A stretch of 63,414 nucleotides of DNA, filler included, from Octopus bimaculoides (GCF_001194135.2; 7 parts of 6 records of this genome joined end to end with filler, not necessarily neighbours in it); one strand, 5' to 3'; counted from the whole stretch's first letter, positions 1-15,770 are shown. The notes: a model not told the origin generated them from the letters alone. A program made the numbers and translations.

Positions 1-495
<495 letters not shown>

Positions 496-504
496 GAAAC
501 GGAT

Positions 505-3040
505 ATAGTTTCCTGCATTAGCCACATAAGGCGTGACAAAGAGGGGACAATACAATGTAGTAGAGATTTTCTTTTCAAGGTGGGGCAAAACAAAAAAAAA
601 TAACAAAACAAAAAAATAAAAGCAGCAACGATCAAAAGTGATCGAAATTGTTTGGGATGTACAAAATTGGAAATGGTGGCATAAAAAACAGCGTTCCCAA
701 AAGTGGTGAGGTTTAACCGTGGAAAGGAAAAAACTACAAAAAGACCACAGTAACCTTGGGCAATAACGTAATATGAAAATATTAGAGTAAGTTACTCACT
801 TTTTCCTTTCTTCTTTGGTTCATAGGATTATGCTCAAGGTGGCTCCATCATTCACACCTGCCATCCTTGCTACATTCATCCATCTTTTATTGAAACATTC
901 AAAGTTGATGAGAAATTCACCAGAGAGGAAAGTGTTTGTCTCTAGGCCTTTCAGACGCGTCCACCATACACATTCTTTCGCCATAGCCACAAGTACGATA
1001 AAAATGGCTCTTCCTTCCCGTTTGAAGGAAGGAGGTGCGGCAATATTGACAACAGACTCAGCTGATAAATCAACTCGTCCCACACTCAACAGCAGTCGTT
1101 CAACATAAGCTACAGGTTGGAAATGGTTGGACACTGCATGAGTGAACAGGTGGGTCAGGTATTCCTGGTTGACGCTCAGGTTCTCCCCCGAGATCGTCGT
1201 ACCTCCCCTCCACTAATCTCCTAGAGAATGCTTTTGTGGTGATGCAGTTGCTCAAGGTCGACCCTGGATGGCAGAGTTGCTCGAGAGCAATGCAACACTT
1301 GTGGTGCCATTTGCCCTTCCTTGGCTTCTTCTTGATCCACAACTGCAGTTCGGACATGGAGGCGAGCTGTGGGAAAGCGTGCCTCACAAAGGCAATCACA
1401 CCCGTTCACTATTGTCTACTTAGAGCCGGAGATGTCGCAGTCTCGGCGCATGTCTGCGCATCATTAACCATGGCATGCCTAGCCCTCCTTTAAGCAGGTG
1501 TTGGCCACAAACAAATCACACTTCCTTTCCACAAGTGGAAGAGGATGTGCTCCAGTTTGGTGATGGTAGGGTCAGGACAAGGCATGACGGTCAGGCGATA
1601 GTAGATGACGGATGTGCTGTACACTTTCACCACACCTTTTAGGGACAGCTTCCTCTGGGCTCTTTGCTGGGCGAGAGTGGCCATCCTACTCGTTATTCCA
1701 TCCAAGTTCTTCTCCATTTGGAGGTCCGGACTAAACCAGACCGTCGGTCCAGCGTCCCACAAGGGAGGCGCTGCTGGATGGCATGGGCTTGCTTCCCCAG
1801 GTGCCGAGCTGCAAGCCCACTGATTTTTCCCAGTTAATCTTCATTCCCATTACTGCTTCGTAGTCCTTCCAGTGTCGTGCCACCCAGCTCAATGTGTTCG
1901 TGGCTAGACACTAGGATGATGATGTCTGTATTTGGACATGCTCGTCCTGCATCCCAATTCTCGTGGGATGCCCCTCAGCATCACCAACTTCCGCAGTAGT
2001 GGCTCAAGAGTCAATATGTACATCCCTGACAGCCCAAACATGCAATGTCGAATAGTCTGGAAAGATACCCACTCAAGCGAATTACCTAACGGATGCCTCT
2101 GTATAAGGCAGCAATCCAGCTGTGGAAGACGGGACCAAAACCAGCCACTAAGAGGACAGCCTCCAAGTATCGATGGTCTACCCTATCGAAAACTTTGAAT
2201 TGATCCAAATTGATCAGTGCCCCACCGATGCCAGTTTCCTTAACTACCCTGTCTATGATGCAGCGCATGAGGTGGAGATTGTTGTGAATGCTCTGGCCTG
2301 GCACAGCGCACTTTTGTGCCTTGTCGACCAGTTCCTCAATGACAAGCGTCAACCTCCCTGTCAACACCTTGGCCAAAATTTTCAAATCTGCATTAAGCAG
2401 AGTGATGGGCCTTAAGTTATCTATTATGTTCCCCTTTTTTGGATCTTTCTTTAGCAGTGTTACAGCTCCTCAGCTCACAGAACTGGGGATACACCTATTT
2501 TGCTGCCAGTTGCAGTAGATTGCTGCCAAGATGTCTCCAAACAAGTCTGGCATATAACCGTAAAGCTCGTAGGGCAGACCATCCAAGCCCAGCAATTTGT
2601 CCCTCGAGCAGTTTCCTATCGCATCCTATACATCCACAGCTGTGACGGCACCTTCACAACACTACGCCTCTCTTGCTGAGAGTCGTGGCAAGCTATGCAG
2701 GTAGGCACTGAAGTCCACCCTGTATTCCGGCTCACCAGTTGTCCCAAACAGTCGGGCAAAGTGCTGTTGAAAGGCCTTACACATTTTTCTAGGCTCGAGT
2801 AATTCGCGTCCCTGTTCACCTATCAGAGACCAAATAGTGGCTTTGTTGTGCCTCTGCCACTTGGGTGTCTCCAATACCTTCGTTTCTTAGAGCATGCATC
2901 CTAGCTCTGACAACGCATCCTTCATGTTTGGTGTTGAAGAGTTGGTCAAAGGCCAACCTCGCTGCCAATACGTTGTGTATATTTAGAAGTAACTATTGCT
3001 CAATCCTCCCTTCTCTTTTTCCCATCTCTAGATGTCTAGA
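505..3040 (-). mobile_element. 5'-truncated, decayed Tx1/L1-clade LINE (ORF2 reverse transcriptase region plus 3' UTR)
   Basis: Minus frames give GCVVRAR, DNLRPITLLNADLKILAKVL and LINLDQFKVFDRVDHRYLEAVL..GFGPVFHSWIAALY. There are many stops and frameshifts, and the YADD region is degraded. The 3' UTR is about 505-820. Confidence 0.9.
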
Positions 3041-5316
3041 TGTGAATGCAAATGATTATGTTTGTCTATTTACAAAGGGAGAGAGTATGGGTTTGGCTAG
3101 TGTTTTCAGTATCACTTGAGATTTGTCAGTTCAAAAACAGCTACCTTGGGGAATGTTCAGAAAGCTGAGGTGGGGAGAAACAAAACATAAGACATGCTAA
3201 TTCATGGCTCAGCATATCAGTAATACATATTTTAATGATGCCAGTGGGATAAAAGAAAATAACTGGCTATAAAAGAAATTGAATTGACCCTTTAGTTACC
3301 ATATTTCTGTTGAAATATACTTTGTTTCAATGAATTTTGAAAATAAAGAATTTAGTAAACTTATCAAGAGGCAAGAGTTTGGGAGAATAAATTAATTTTG
3401 ATGGAAGATTTTAATTTAGATCATTTCAAACAGGAAGTTTGTATCACAGAACCACCAGGCAATCTCAAACCAGATTGGTATCAAAATGGTTGAGAGCTGT
3501 GTATGTAAAATAATGTTAAAATATTGTGAAATCCCTTTATACACCAAGAACTGTGCACCTGCAGATATCAAAGATATTCAAACGAATTGAAGCTATGTCT
3601 TTCAACACCCGAAGAGATCAATAATACATTTTACAACTGTGATAGACAAGGAAGTCACTCATTTTTAACTTCATCTGGTACAAACATATTTGTGAAATTG
3701 AAATCAAGTTGAGCCATAAATCAACCCTAATAAAAAGGACCTAAAATAAAAGGCTGTTCTGCCATGACCATCTTGTATTCAGTTTAGACTGTAGCAGTGG
3801 ACTAAATATGTCTACCTCTTTAAGAGGTCAGAGAGTGAGAAATCAGATGGAGGTTTGGTTATGTCTAGCATGTCAAGCAACCATACAGAAGCTGTCTTGT
3901 TAGCTTATAATCTGAGATTAAATTGCAAGTGAGGGTGAGTTGCAATCCAGCAAATTCTAGATCAGATCCTATTACAATAACTGTGGAAGAAGCACAGCAA
4001 TAACATCAAAAATGTGAGATTTGCTTTCATAAAAAGAGAGGCTTTCAGTAAAGGATAGTTTCATTGTCAAGGTGAAAGTAGTTTTCTTTTGAATATGAAG
4101 CGCAAGTAGTTTTCTTTAAATGTACTCTGTTATTAGAAACACTATGATCAAAATCTGTCACTGCTCACTGTAATGTGTAAATTGTTATATAAGAAATTAA
4201 TGAACAACTAGTTCAATTAAATATTTATTACTTGCTTGTGAACAAGCAGATTTTAGCTATTACGATAATTCATTATTGGCAAGTAATATAAATCAAAATA
4301 TTGGCTGAGAGAAGTTATTGAGCACATTATGTAACCTGCTTTAACAAAACTATAACGATAATTTATTATTTAGTACAGTTAAGTGGTCAACAACTATCAT
4401 TGAAATTAATCAACCACATCCACTTGGAGGAGTTTATGAAAACAAGAACCAATCAGAGAACAGCTATTTGTAGACAATCAGGATACTGATATGTGTTAGT
4501 TTGTCCATTAAATTTGATGATGACCCAGCAAATGAAAAAAGAAAAACAAAACAAAGGCAAAGATGAAAAGAGGTGATGCTGCTTGAACTTCCATTTGTCC
4601 ACTAGTATTTTGTAGGTCACCTATCAGCCTGTTCTCATGACTATGAAAAACAAGCACCACTAAAACAACTATGAAACAATTATCTGTGACAGACTTATGA
4701 TTACAAAAGGATTAATTGTCCCTTTCTAGTTCAATGTACAGAGTTAAATACTGATGTTATAGCTCCATGCTGGAGTGGGAAAGGGTTCACCAATAATTCC
4801 TAATATTCAATTGATTAACCATCTTGACTCCTCATAGAAAATGAGGATTACAGTATCAAACTTGAAAACAATGTACAGCAAGAGAGCCTCTACATGGTTG
4901 TTTGACTTGTAAAAAATAACAGTCAAATCTCCTTCAAATCACCACACTATCTTAAAACTGTAAAGACATCAAATAATATTGTCCTATTTATATAATACAA
5001 GGAAAAGGCAACAAGAGGCTCAAAACTGGAACAACTTTTATCATGTCTGCTTATTCAGGATTAAGCTGGGACTAAATACATTTAACCTTGCTCTATCTAC
5101 TTAATATCAAGGCAGTCATTCAAGTTTTTAATAGAAACCATTTCACACCAACAACCTATCATATTCCTGTTACTACTCCCTTAGTAGCTTTGTGTTCACT
5201 TGAGGTGTCAGTCATTTGAACTGATCGGTTTCTATTTTTGCACCAAACATTACATTCTTTTCAATAGTCATTACCATGTGGAACTCCTTTGCTATGATTC
5301 AGCTTCATAAGATGAA

Positions 5317-5441
5317 TCAATAATACTCAACATAGCCTTCCTGATTTGATAGGGGTTCCTTTAGTCTAACAACTAGATCGAACATTTCTTGCTTTGCAAT
5401 AATTTCAAATTTGTTCCAAGTCTGCTGACATTGTTTCACTC
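5317..5441 (-). CDS. Candidate terminal coding exon of the same unidentified gene
   Basis: Acceptor cttttttacag|GA (phase 1), then VKQCQQTWNKFEIIAKQEMFDLVVRLKEPLSNQEGYVEYY and TGA. Joins 12735-12811 in frame as ...EVLRGVKQ... Confidence 0.42.
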
Positions 5442-8400
5442 CTGTAAAAAAGTTGATGTACAAAAATTTCAATTATGCTGCCTATCTTTAACCCTTTTGT
5501 TACCCTATTCCTGTTGAAATACACTGCCTGTGTTACAATTAAGTTTGAAAATTAAACAAATTTATTAAAGGACCTGAAATATCAATATGAACTATTAGGC
5601 CAAGCTGAAATGCCTGATTGATTTCCTGTAAGAAATAATGTTCAAACAAAATCTTCAGTTGGTCTAAGCTTCCAATTTTGCTGTTGGCTTTCAATAATAA
5701 AGTATTTGAAGCAACAAAAACTATTAAGCAAATGTATTACAGGGTTATTCACATCTAGGTAGATTATATGGCTCTCAGTACAAGTACCTTTGCTATCAGC
5801 GAATTAAGTACAAACTTGATTCTCTGCTAATATTGCAAAAACTCAATGCACAATCCTACACAAACATTACACAAGGTACTACACATTATTACAACTTAAT
5901 TTTTACACACAAAACACCAATCTGAGTTGCAGTTTTATCATTCATATTGCAATATTCCATTGTTTTGCTATAACTCTTTAGTAAATTTAAAGGTCTTGGA
6001 TATTAGTAAATATAACAAATCACCACAGGATTGATGCAGTTAGATTTTAGGAATTCTTCCAATTCCTAAGCATTCTCTCTCTACATCAGCATAATATTTC
6101 TTAATATAGAATTGAAAATATCTAATGCTAGTTTTACCAAAGATTATATCATTAAGATTTTAACCTTGGTTATTTCTGTCTTTATGAATATTATAAATCA
6201 TGGTAACTTTAGCCAACAGTTATAATATGGAATTACATTGGACTTGACAATTCAGGCCAAATAAAAATCAATGACACTATTTACTAAATGTGTTAGGCAA
6301 TATTTAATATTCACAAACAGATTCTAATGTTTAAAGAACAATCTTTTGAACATTATTCATTTACTAGTTCTAGTTGTTGCCATACATTAAATCAAATTTT
6401 AAGCCTGCTTCTGTTGAGAACTATGATTACAACAAAAAACAAATATGAGTCCACTTAAAACTTAATCATACTTGGTTTTAAATAATAACCAACTAGCATT
6501 GAATAATTTTTTTGTACCTCTTCATCCTCACATCTAAAATGTGTTTTTCAGTCCAAGTATCAAAATGCAGAAAGTGAGATAATTCAATTAAACACTAAGT
6601 GGTACTAAGAACCAGCTAATACATGATTGAAGCCTCGGAAGTAAAACAATTGTATCTTAAAACAACAGCTGCTCTGGATACTGTGTAAAACAAAGTCACA
6701 CATATCACAGCAAATATCCATATTCACAATTTTTTTAAGGAACTTAACATTGCTTTTCTTTCGAAGGGTGCATATCTTTCACTTATAACTTCACAGCTTC
6801 TGTCTGGAAATGTTGCTTAATAGTACCAATACATGCACCATTTAAGAAAAAAAAATTATGTATATTAAAAACAGATACCTAAATACCGAAGAGAAAAAGA
6901 GTGAATGTAGAAGGACAAGCTCATTGTAACAAGATATTGTAAAGCAAGAAAGAGAATCTGAATATATGGTTGTGACACCTACACTTGCGCAAGGCTGACA
7001 GACTGCTGTATGCAAGACATGTAGAGGAGAAAATAACACATGATATAGACAATGAACTTCTGGTTTTCAGAAGATTGGTACCAAAAAAGTTAAAGCTTTC
7101 AACCTTTCCCTGAAGCCCAACTGCTGTATAGAAGCAATCTTTTGTAAGGAGCACTAGATTAATTCAATTCTGCCATGAGTTTGACATTAAGACGTCATAG
7201 CTTAGACAAATAAAACAAAATAAAATTAGTGTCTCACATAGAACTTGTTCTAAAGATACAAACTGTGCCTCAAAAAAAAAAAAAAAAAAGGATTTTGATA
7301 ATGTAAGAATAACAATATTTTGTGATGGGAAGGTGTAAAAGAATTTAGAGACATTCTGCTTTCATTTTAGCCTAAGTGCAGGAACAAAATTAGCTTACAG
7401 GGTACAAACCCAGGTCTAACTCAAGATGTTCAGTGTTTTCATTGTCCTCAATCCCCAATTTTAAAGGGTACACTTGTACCACCTGCACCTCCCTGTTCCT
7501 GAGCATATGCATTTTAGCTGTCAGAATGAACTATGGACAGATTGAAAGAAATTTTATATCTAAATAGCCATATCAGCAGAGTCAGAATTTTCCTATTCAT
7601 TAGTCTGAGGAAAAAAGACCGAGCTATATTGAGTGATGTTACAAAGAATCCCTTATCAGATTCTTGATCCAAGCACTTGTAAAAAGAGATACTTTGTCAA
7701 GCAAGGATTATAATTGCTTTCCTATTGGGTGGTGCATTTAGGCTTGTCAAGAAATGAGAAAAGTGAAAAATAACAAAAATAATGGAAGCAGCAAATGAAA
7801 ACCTATAATAATAAATAATAGATTTGTCCATAGAGTAGAAAAAATAAGAAATGGTAACAGAACAATGGGACAATTCTATATATGCAAGCAGACAAGAAAA
7901 CCAATTAAAAGGTGAAACAAGTAAATTAAATCCAAGACAAAACAATGGAGTTAATTATTGTTAGTGAAACTCAGACATAAGACATGATAGGGAATGAATA
8001 AGAAATCAGGAAAAATCAAAATTGGATGTTGAAAAGAACAAAAAGAATAGAATTACACAAAATATATAGCTTCAATTGATTAGCGATCTCTCAAGCCTTA
8101 TACCTCAGGTCCAGTGTTAAACACCCTAAACAATCCCTTGGAATTCCCTACCTACAGATAAGCCAAACATCCTGTACTAATCCAACTAGTCACCGATTTT
8201 TACTCAGGATTTCCATCCAAATGAAACAGGGAATGTTTAAGTCTCATTATATTTATTTGATTCTATCATTTCCTACTGTCATTAAATCTTGAGGAAGACT
8301 ATCACTTCTCCTGTTACTACATTCCTTGCTGTCAATTATCAATGTTAATCTCTATGTCGTCTATTAGCAGCAACATTTGCAGATAATCTTGCGTTTGTTT

Positions 8401-11049
8401 CATGAGTTCATCTTCATGAGATTATTTTTAATTCTTTAGAGGCTAATTAATGGAGTCTATTTATAAACAAATGTCTTTTCCTATTTTTATTTTTCCAAAA
8501 TGTGTGTTAAAGTAATTTTCCTAGAGTAAGCAACTACTTTTTAGTCCATATGAAACCCAGTAGTGGAATTCGCTTAAGGATAATGAAGATCAATTCAACC
8601 TTGGGACATTGAACTCAGAAGGCAGAGTTGACAGGCTTAGCTAAACTTGGAATCTAACATTGAATAAAATATTATTCAATGATTAATTGATTTTGTGAGA
8701 AAACAGTATCAACTACGAAATTTCTGTTTTGAATTCAGTTATGAATAATGCTTCACTCTCATTCTTACAACCATAAACAAAAAAAGAAAAAATATATGCA
8801 TACAGGATCAGCAAAGTTCAAAGTTCAATTCTTACCACATAAAAATCATTTTTCTTTTGGATTGTATTGATTACAATCACATTACTAAGTTTCTATGGTA
8901 GTATAATGGGGCTTTTAGCTGGTGCTGGATAACTATCTAGACACTAACCAAGAACAAAACTTGTTTTCTTCAGTTGGGTTCAAAATTGAAAATCATATTT
9001 TTAGTAATCAAACCACATGTTTAATAATTTCTAAAAATTAGTTAGAAAAGAATGTTTATTTCTTTAACTATTTAAATATTTGCATCATGCTCCAGTGTCT
9101 CAGTTTTGGCATGGTTGTGATTACTATGGCTAGATACCCTTCCTAATGCCAATCACTACAGTGTACAAGGTGCATTTTTTTTTTTTTGTCACTTGCACAT
9201 GTGAGCTCACCATGTAACTCACAAAACTGAAGAGCCTCCTCTACTGAAAAATGTAGTGGAGAGGGAGGTGGCTTCATGCAAGGAGTTAGGATGTTAAAGT
9301 AAGATAGAAGGGCAAGGAACAGGTTTGTTATGGAAGAGGAAGATACTTCTCATTGTATGAGGTTAGGTTAAGAGTAAATGGAATGGAGTCAGGAGGAGAA
9401 ATAAAGATAGTGACAAGGTGTCAGAGTGTATCCCCAAAGTTTAAGAAGGTGAATAGAGTTTGGGGTCAGAAGATCAGGAATGGGGGGTAAAGGTTGAAAA
9501 AGTGTGGAGGAAAGCTAAGAGTAGAAGTGGTCAGGTATATAGAGATAAATATAGAGAAGGGTAAACAAAATTTGAGGAAGGTTGATGGTAAATATTAGGT
9601 GTTAAAAATGAGAGAAATATTAATAGGATGCCATTTAAGGGAGAATGAGTGATGATGGGCAATAAAGGGTGACCAATGGAAAATGAGTGAAGGACAATGT
9701 TAATGATGAGAGGTAAGATGTCAAAAGGAAGTGATTCAGGGGAGAGAAAAAGAAAATTGAATAGAAAAAGATATCTGTAGTTCTGCTCTCAAATACAGCA
9801 GCTGAATAATGTAGCTAGAAGACTGACGGTGGGATTGGTGACAAGGAGATATTGGCCAAGAGACCCAGTTGTGTGCATATCCATCATGCTTCCAGGGGTT
9901 CTCAATTATGATGTATCCCCAACTAACTGAGCCCTTTGTCATCTGAGACTAGTTTTCATCATTTTGTCCCACATTTTCCTGGGTTTCCCTTTTTCTACAG
10001 GTTCCATTCACTGTATGCAATCAGTTCTTTATACAGCTGTCCTCAACCACATACATCACTTACCTATAACTACAGTTTTCTCTTTTGTGCACAATATCTA
10101 TTTCCTCTTAGTTTTCTCTCAACATATTTGTAGTTCATATATGACTCAGTTCATCCAAAAGAGAATGCTTGCTTCATTTCTATAGTTTTTGCAAGTCCTC
10201 CACATTCAGGACACAGGTCACACTACCATGTAGCAATAGTCTGTACACAAGCATTATAGTCTGCCTTTCACTCAAATTTTTTATTAGAAATAGTTAATAA
10301 CATTGAATTTTCTCCAGAAAATTCTTATTCTGGTCACAATACATTGGGAACATAATCCTTCACTGTTAATTAGGTTACCTAAATAAACTATTTCTAAGGA
10401 TCAAACTCTGCATTTGAATAACTATTTCCTGTGTATTCAGTGTTTATTGTTCCTGTGCATCTACCACATACAAAGTTTATTAACCTGCCGATAGTTCCAC
10501 TGTGTCTCTTGTTTCTCCATAGTTTGTGCTATCTATCTACTTCATTTCTACATATCAAATAAGACCATTTCCTTGATGGAAGTAGAGGTCTGTCTGTTTT
10601 CCTACTTACTAAACTTTAGCCTTCACTAACTTGAGGCTTCTTGATTCTACTCCCAAACCTTGAATTTTCTTTATTCAGGAGTCAGCTATAAGAACAAGGT
10701 CATCAACATATAGATGTTCTCACAGGCACCTGATCTTAAACTGTTATAGCCTGGAGTTTTATGATGAATAAAAGATGACCTAAAGGTTGACTCGAATTCA
10801 GTTCTCTCTGCATACTGACTTAATCACTGCACTCATCCCTAACTACCACTTTGCACACAGCATCTCTGTACAAGGTTTTTATGGGTCTCACAAGACATTC
10901 ACCTACTTCTGGCTTCTACAGTGGCCACCAGATCACAGAGAAAAGGACCCTGCTGAATGCTTTCTCCAAGTTGAATGCTAAGTAATGCAAATTCTAGCTA
11001 AGTACTTTTGCAGTTACCTCATTAGAAAGATAGCATCAGTGCTATCTTC

Positions 11050-11260
11050 ATAGCACAATAAAAAAACTGCATCTCATCAATTGAGCTGTAACTCCAAAAC
11101 TTTCATGACCTGATCCAGCAATTTAATATCTCTAGTTACTCTCAAAGGTATTCCTTTACCCTTGTAACAATTGACTATGATGCTAATGTATCAGTCACTG
11201 AGTATGACACATTCCTGTACAACTTCATTGACTATATGGATGACAAGGATACATCCTATT
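11050..11260 (-). mobile_element. RTE-clade reverse transcriptase relic
   Basis: SIIVNCYKGKG....RDIKLLDQVMKVLE matches the RTE RT N-terminal motif. Confidence 0.6.
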
Positions 11261-12734
11261 CTTACAGATACTTTAAACCTATCATGTTGTTCATGATAAT
11301 TTCTTTCTTCTTATTCTTGTATACAACTTAGAATGCTTGTCCTGATTAGTAATCCATTCCTTAGCATGTCTTGTAAATCTGTGTCTTGTCAACCATACAC
11401 ACACACACACACTCTTAAGAGTAAATGTAACCATTTAGGAACAGATGAATAGAATGAAGTGCATTACTTAAACATTCAACAATACACAATTAGACAACGA
11501 TCACATAAACCACATTGCAGATTAACTTAAATACAAGGATTACAAAAAGTATTACTTGATTAACACATAACCAACTCAGAATGACAATTTTGTATGAACA
11601 ATGTGAAAGAAGCTGCTCTAGACCAAATCATTTTAAAAGTGAAAACAAGCAATCAATGCTAGACTATAGTAATGCTGAATTGACAGAGATAAAATAGGCA
11701 ACCATTGAAGAAAGCAATGAAGACTAGCAAAAAGAAAAATCACAAGAAATAAGTTGACCCATCATCATCATTTAATGTCTGTTGTCCATGTTGGCATGGT
11801 TGGAGTTTAATCAGTGCTGGTAAGCTGGAAGGCTGCACCAGAATCCAGGTTTGGCACAGTTTTTTATGGCTGGAAGCCCTTCCTAACGCCAATGACTCCA
11901 AGAATGTAATGGGTGCTTTTATGTTACTGGCATGGGTGCCATTTGTGTGACACAGGTATCTGCCACAACTGATTTTGCTCAGCTTGATGAGTCTTCTCAA
12001 GCACATCAATACCAAAGGTTTAAGTCATTGCCTCTGTGAGGGCCAACACTTGAAAAGAACTCAGCCACTTTGCCTCTGCAAGGAGGCATATCAAAATAAA
12101 GTAATTAGGAGATTGGCATTTCTAGATCACAACTGAACAACTCTGACAAAAGCCAATAGTTGTAACCAATACCAGCAAAACGTTTTCTAACTTTTAGTGC
12201 TATGACCTCCTAAATGACTTCACTATTTATCTTCCTCACATCTCTTTGCTTAGTTTCCAGTTCTTTAGACTTTATTCTATCAACAGCTGGTTATAGCAAG
12301 AGCTATTCATTTACCTGTTTTAGTTTGGTATTAAATATTCTTAAAATGCTATTATCACAATACCATTGTTATATTCCGTGAGAGTATTCTACACATGAAT
12401 TTTCTATTGATTTAAAGATTAATCTGTTTTTCAAATTTTTTAAAACCAAGGCTCAGTAGGAAAGAATATACTTTCTATCAAGGTATGTTGTATAATCATC
12501 AAAAATTAACAGTTTTGTTACAAAGTTCTAAAGAATTACAATTTTCTCAAATTTCAAAATACTGAAACTGGTGACCTTAGGTGGAACAAACAATCTTTGT
12601 ACTTTTTTCTTTTGGCCTTGCAAATAAATAGAAAAGCATTTTTCAAAACCTCTTGGCAAACAATAACAGTTTGGAATCATGAAACATTGCAGCATTTTAA
12701 CAATTTACCAGTTAAATTCAAGGATTGCTTCTAC

Positions 12735-12811
12735 CTCTGAGAACTTCTGTATGAATGTTTATATATACATGTTCTGCAGCATCAAAATCCATTAAGGTTT
12801 TCCCCACTGTG
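12735..12811 (-). CDS. Candidate internal exon of an unidentified gene
   Basis: Acceptor ctttgctttgtatcttag|C. Only one frame is open: TVGKTLMDFDAAEHVYINIHTEVLR. Weak donor G|GTAGAA (phase 1), phase-compatible with the 5317-5441 exon. Confidence 0.4.
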
Positions 12812-14289
12812 CTAAGATACAAAGCAAAGACAATAATGATTTTTAAATTTAACATTCACTTAATGGAGATTTACGTTTGTTTACAGATTGCCAAACTTCA
12901 CTCACTAAATACTAACCTTTGGCTTCTATGGTATCAAATGGATAAGATAGAAAAAAAGAATCTATCTTATGGTGATGGGGTCAACATAGGATAAGGAAGG
13001 TTAGTTTTCATTACACCTTTATCTGTTTCAACATTAAATTTTCACTTAATTAGCATTACCGTCAAATAATATAAAATATGCCACCAACATAGATACTTAT
13101 GGCTTTATTGATTAAAATGTGTTTCATTTCATTTTCATTTTATCCAGTTTCAGCTCATGAGCTGTGGCCATGCTGGGGCACGAGAAAAATTTTCACAGAA
13201 CTTTTTAACATGACTTGACACACACACACACACACACACACACTTGACAATAGAAATATGCAGTCAAATTGTAATCACCTAACAGCCGCTTTTCCATGCT
13301 TGCATGGGTTAAAAAAAATTTGAAGCAAATTTTTAACAACCAGATGCTCTTCCTGTTCTTAAGCTTCACCTATTTCCAAGCAAGGTAATATTCCTCTAGT
13401 CTTTCAAGCCAGATTAGTACAAATGGTCAAACATTGTCATAAAATATTACAAACATCACTTGTGTTATGATGACACTTGTTTACAATTAGAATGTAATGT
13501 CAAGACAAAGAAAATGTAAAACACACACAGGGCTTCCGCCTATTCCATTTACGAAATCCAATACAAGGATTTTGTTGACCTGGGGATATAGCAAAAGACA
13601 CTTGTCTAAAGTGTGCAATGGGACTAAACCCAAATCTATGTGGCTGCAAAGCAAAGTTCATAATTACATGACCAAATCTAGCACTTATGTCTACTGACAC
13701 GTACACAACTGGAAGTGATATTTGAAGTGTGTGCACACAAACATCAATAGTTCAGCAACTAAGTGTAAAAAGTGAAGTATTTAAATGGTATATATTGTAA
13801 ACATAATATTTCTGTCTGAAAATTGAAACAAAGTTAAGCTACAACATCATAGTTGACCTGCAGAAAGAATTTGGTGTGATTTAGACTTTTATTGAAAACA
13901 GATTATACAACTTATGTATTCTGCAATGAGCAGCATGGTTAACTGATAAAAACCTAAAATCACTAGAGATAAAAGAACTGAAGGACATCTGAAGCCAATA
14001 GATAACATTATGAAAATGATCAAACTTATAGTATAGCTTACAAAGTACATATTAGTTGAGCATAAGACAGCTCTATTACAGACATCAACAAGAAGACAAG
14101 ACTGACAGAAGGTAGGTAAATAATTATCCAGGCTTGAGCAAAGTGCTCAAAGATACTATATATATGTGTCCACAAGTAATCTGTTCTCAGCCTCATCAAT
14201 TCAAGTCATTGTACGAGTCATAAAAGTGTTCAAGTTTGGCTGCTGATACTAATTTAATATGTCAATAACCTGTAGAGAGACAACACGAT

Positions 14290-14680
14290 TCATTCATTTG
14301 GTTCTCATTGTGCTTTGTGGTACTTGAAGTAACAAGATCATTCCACCTTCCAACATTGAGAGTGTCCTTGATAGCTTGTTCCATTGTAAACCCTCTGCTT
14401 TTAAGATCTGTTATTGTTCTCTACCATGTTTCCTTTAGTCGGCTACATCTTGTGGAACCCATTGATAAGTGATTCTGACAATTGAGTTTGGTTTATAGCA
14501 GCAAACTTGAACCAGCCATTTCCATCTCCTTGCTCCAATAGTTTATTGGTTTCATGTTAGCCTTGGTGTGTAGTTGGCTATTTGAGATCATAGTTGGCCA
14601 GTAGACCTTCAAAATTTTTCATAAACAATAATTTTAAAACACCTCCAATTTCTTTTCAGAAACTCTTCAGAGAGAACATC
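14290..14680 (-). mobile_element. RTE-clade LINE 3' relic
   Basis: KKLEVF..CL.KILKVYWPTMISNSQL..RRWKWL..NSIVRITYQWVP matches the RTE C-terminal pattern, with stops. Confidence 0.65.
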
Positions 14681-15697
14681 CTTACCTGCTAACTCTACAG
14701 ATACAAACTCTGGTGACCTCTAAGAGAATGTACTAAAGCTAATGTGAACTGCACTTCATCACAGCAACACTAATAAGTAAAACTATATCACCTCAACTAT
14801 AGATAGCCAATTATCCATCAAAGTTAATACAAAACAATTCTCAGTCAACTCGTAGAAAAGGGAAGAGAACTTGAAAATAAAATTTCACAATAAATTTACA
14901 TGCCTAGAAGAATAACTATGAAAATTACTATCATCCAAGATTATAGCATTCTATAATAACCTTTGTCAGTTGATCAATGCAGTCATGAGTAAACTATGCT
15001 ATGTAGATGAAGGTGCATATAACTGAAACATGTCCAAAACTGTACCCCTTGCCTGCCAACTGATTTTATCCTGAACACAAATTCAGTTGCAATTTCATGA
15101 AATTATTTCCCACTTTGTTTAGAAGGTGCCAACAATTACCACTTCAAGTTTTTCTTTTCAACATCAGACCAAGTGTGAAATTTCAATTAAGAATATTTTG
15201 CGTATGTCATTCATTACTGATCCAAGTTGATGCCACTGACCAATTTGAGTTGCGCCTTCAGCTATTTTTTAATGAATGAGGTTTTAAATATCTTTTGTCT
15301 CAGTCATTAGACTATGGCCATGTTGGGGCACTGCCTTGAAGAATTTAAGTTGAAGGAATTCACCCCAGTACTTTTTCTTAAGCTTGGTACTTACTCTAAT
15401 GGTCTTTGTGGCTGGACTGCAAAGTTATGGGGACATAAAAAATACCAACACTGGTTGTTAAGCAGAGGTGGGGAACAAACAAACATTATACACACACACA
15501 ATGTACACAGTATAAAGGTACAAGCTACTAATAGTTTCATGCATTAGAGAGGCAAGTTTAGGCAGGTTTTTATAATATACCTTGTGTCTTCAAGCAATCT
15601 CCAGGCTCTGAGTCCATGGGCTATTCAACTTACAAATCAGAATGTTGGAAGCAGAGAGAAAATGAGAAGATTGATGGAAAAAGTGGAACAGTGAAAA

Positions 15698-15770
<73 letters not shown>

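Noticed and set aside
13500-13736. ORFs on both strands at 13.5-13.7 kb
   Set aside because: They overlap a decayed SINE D copy.
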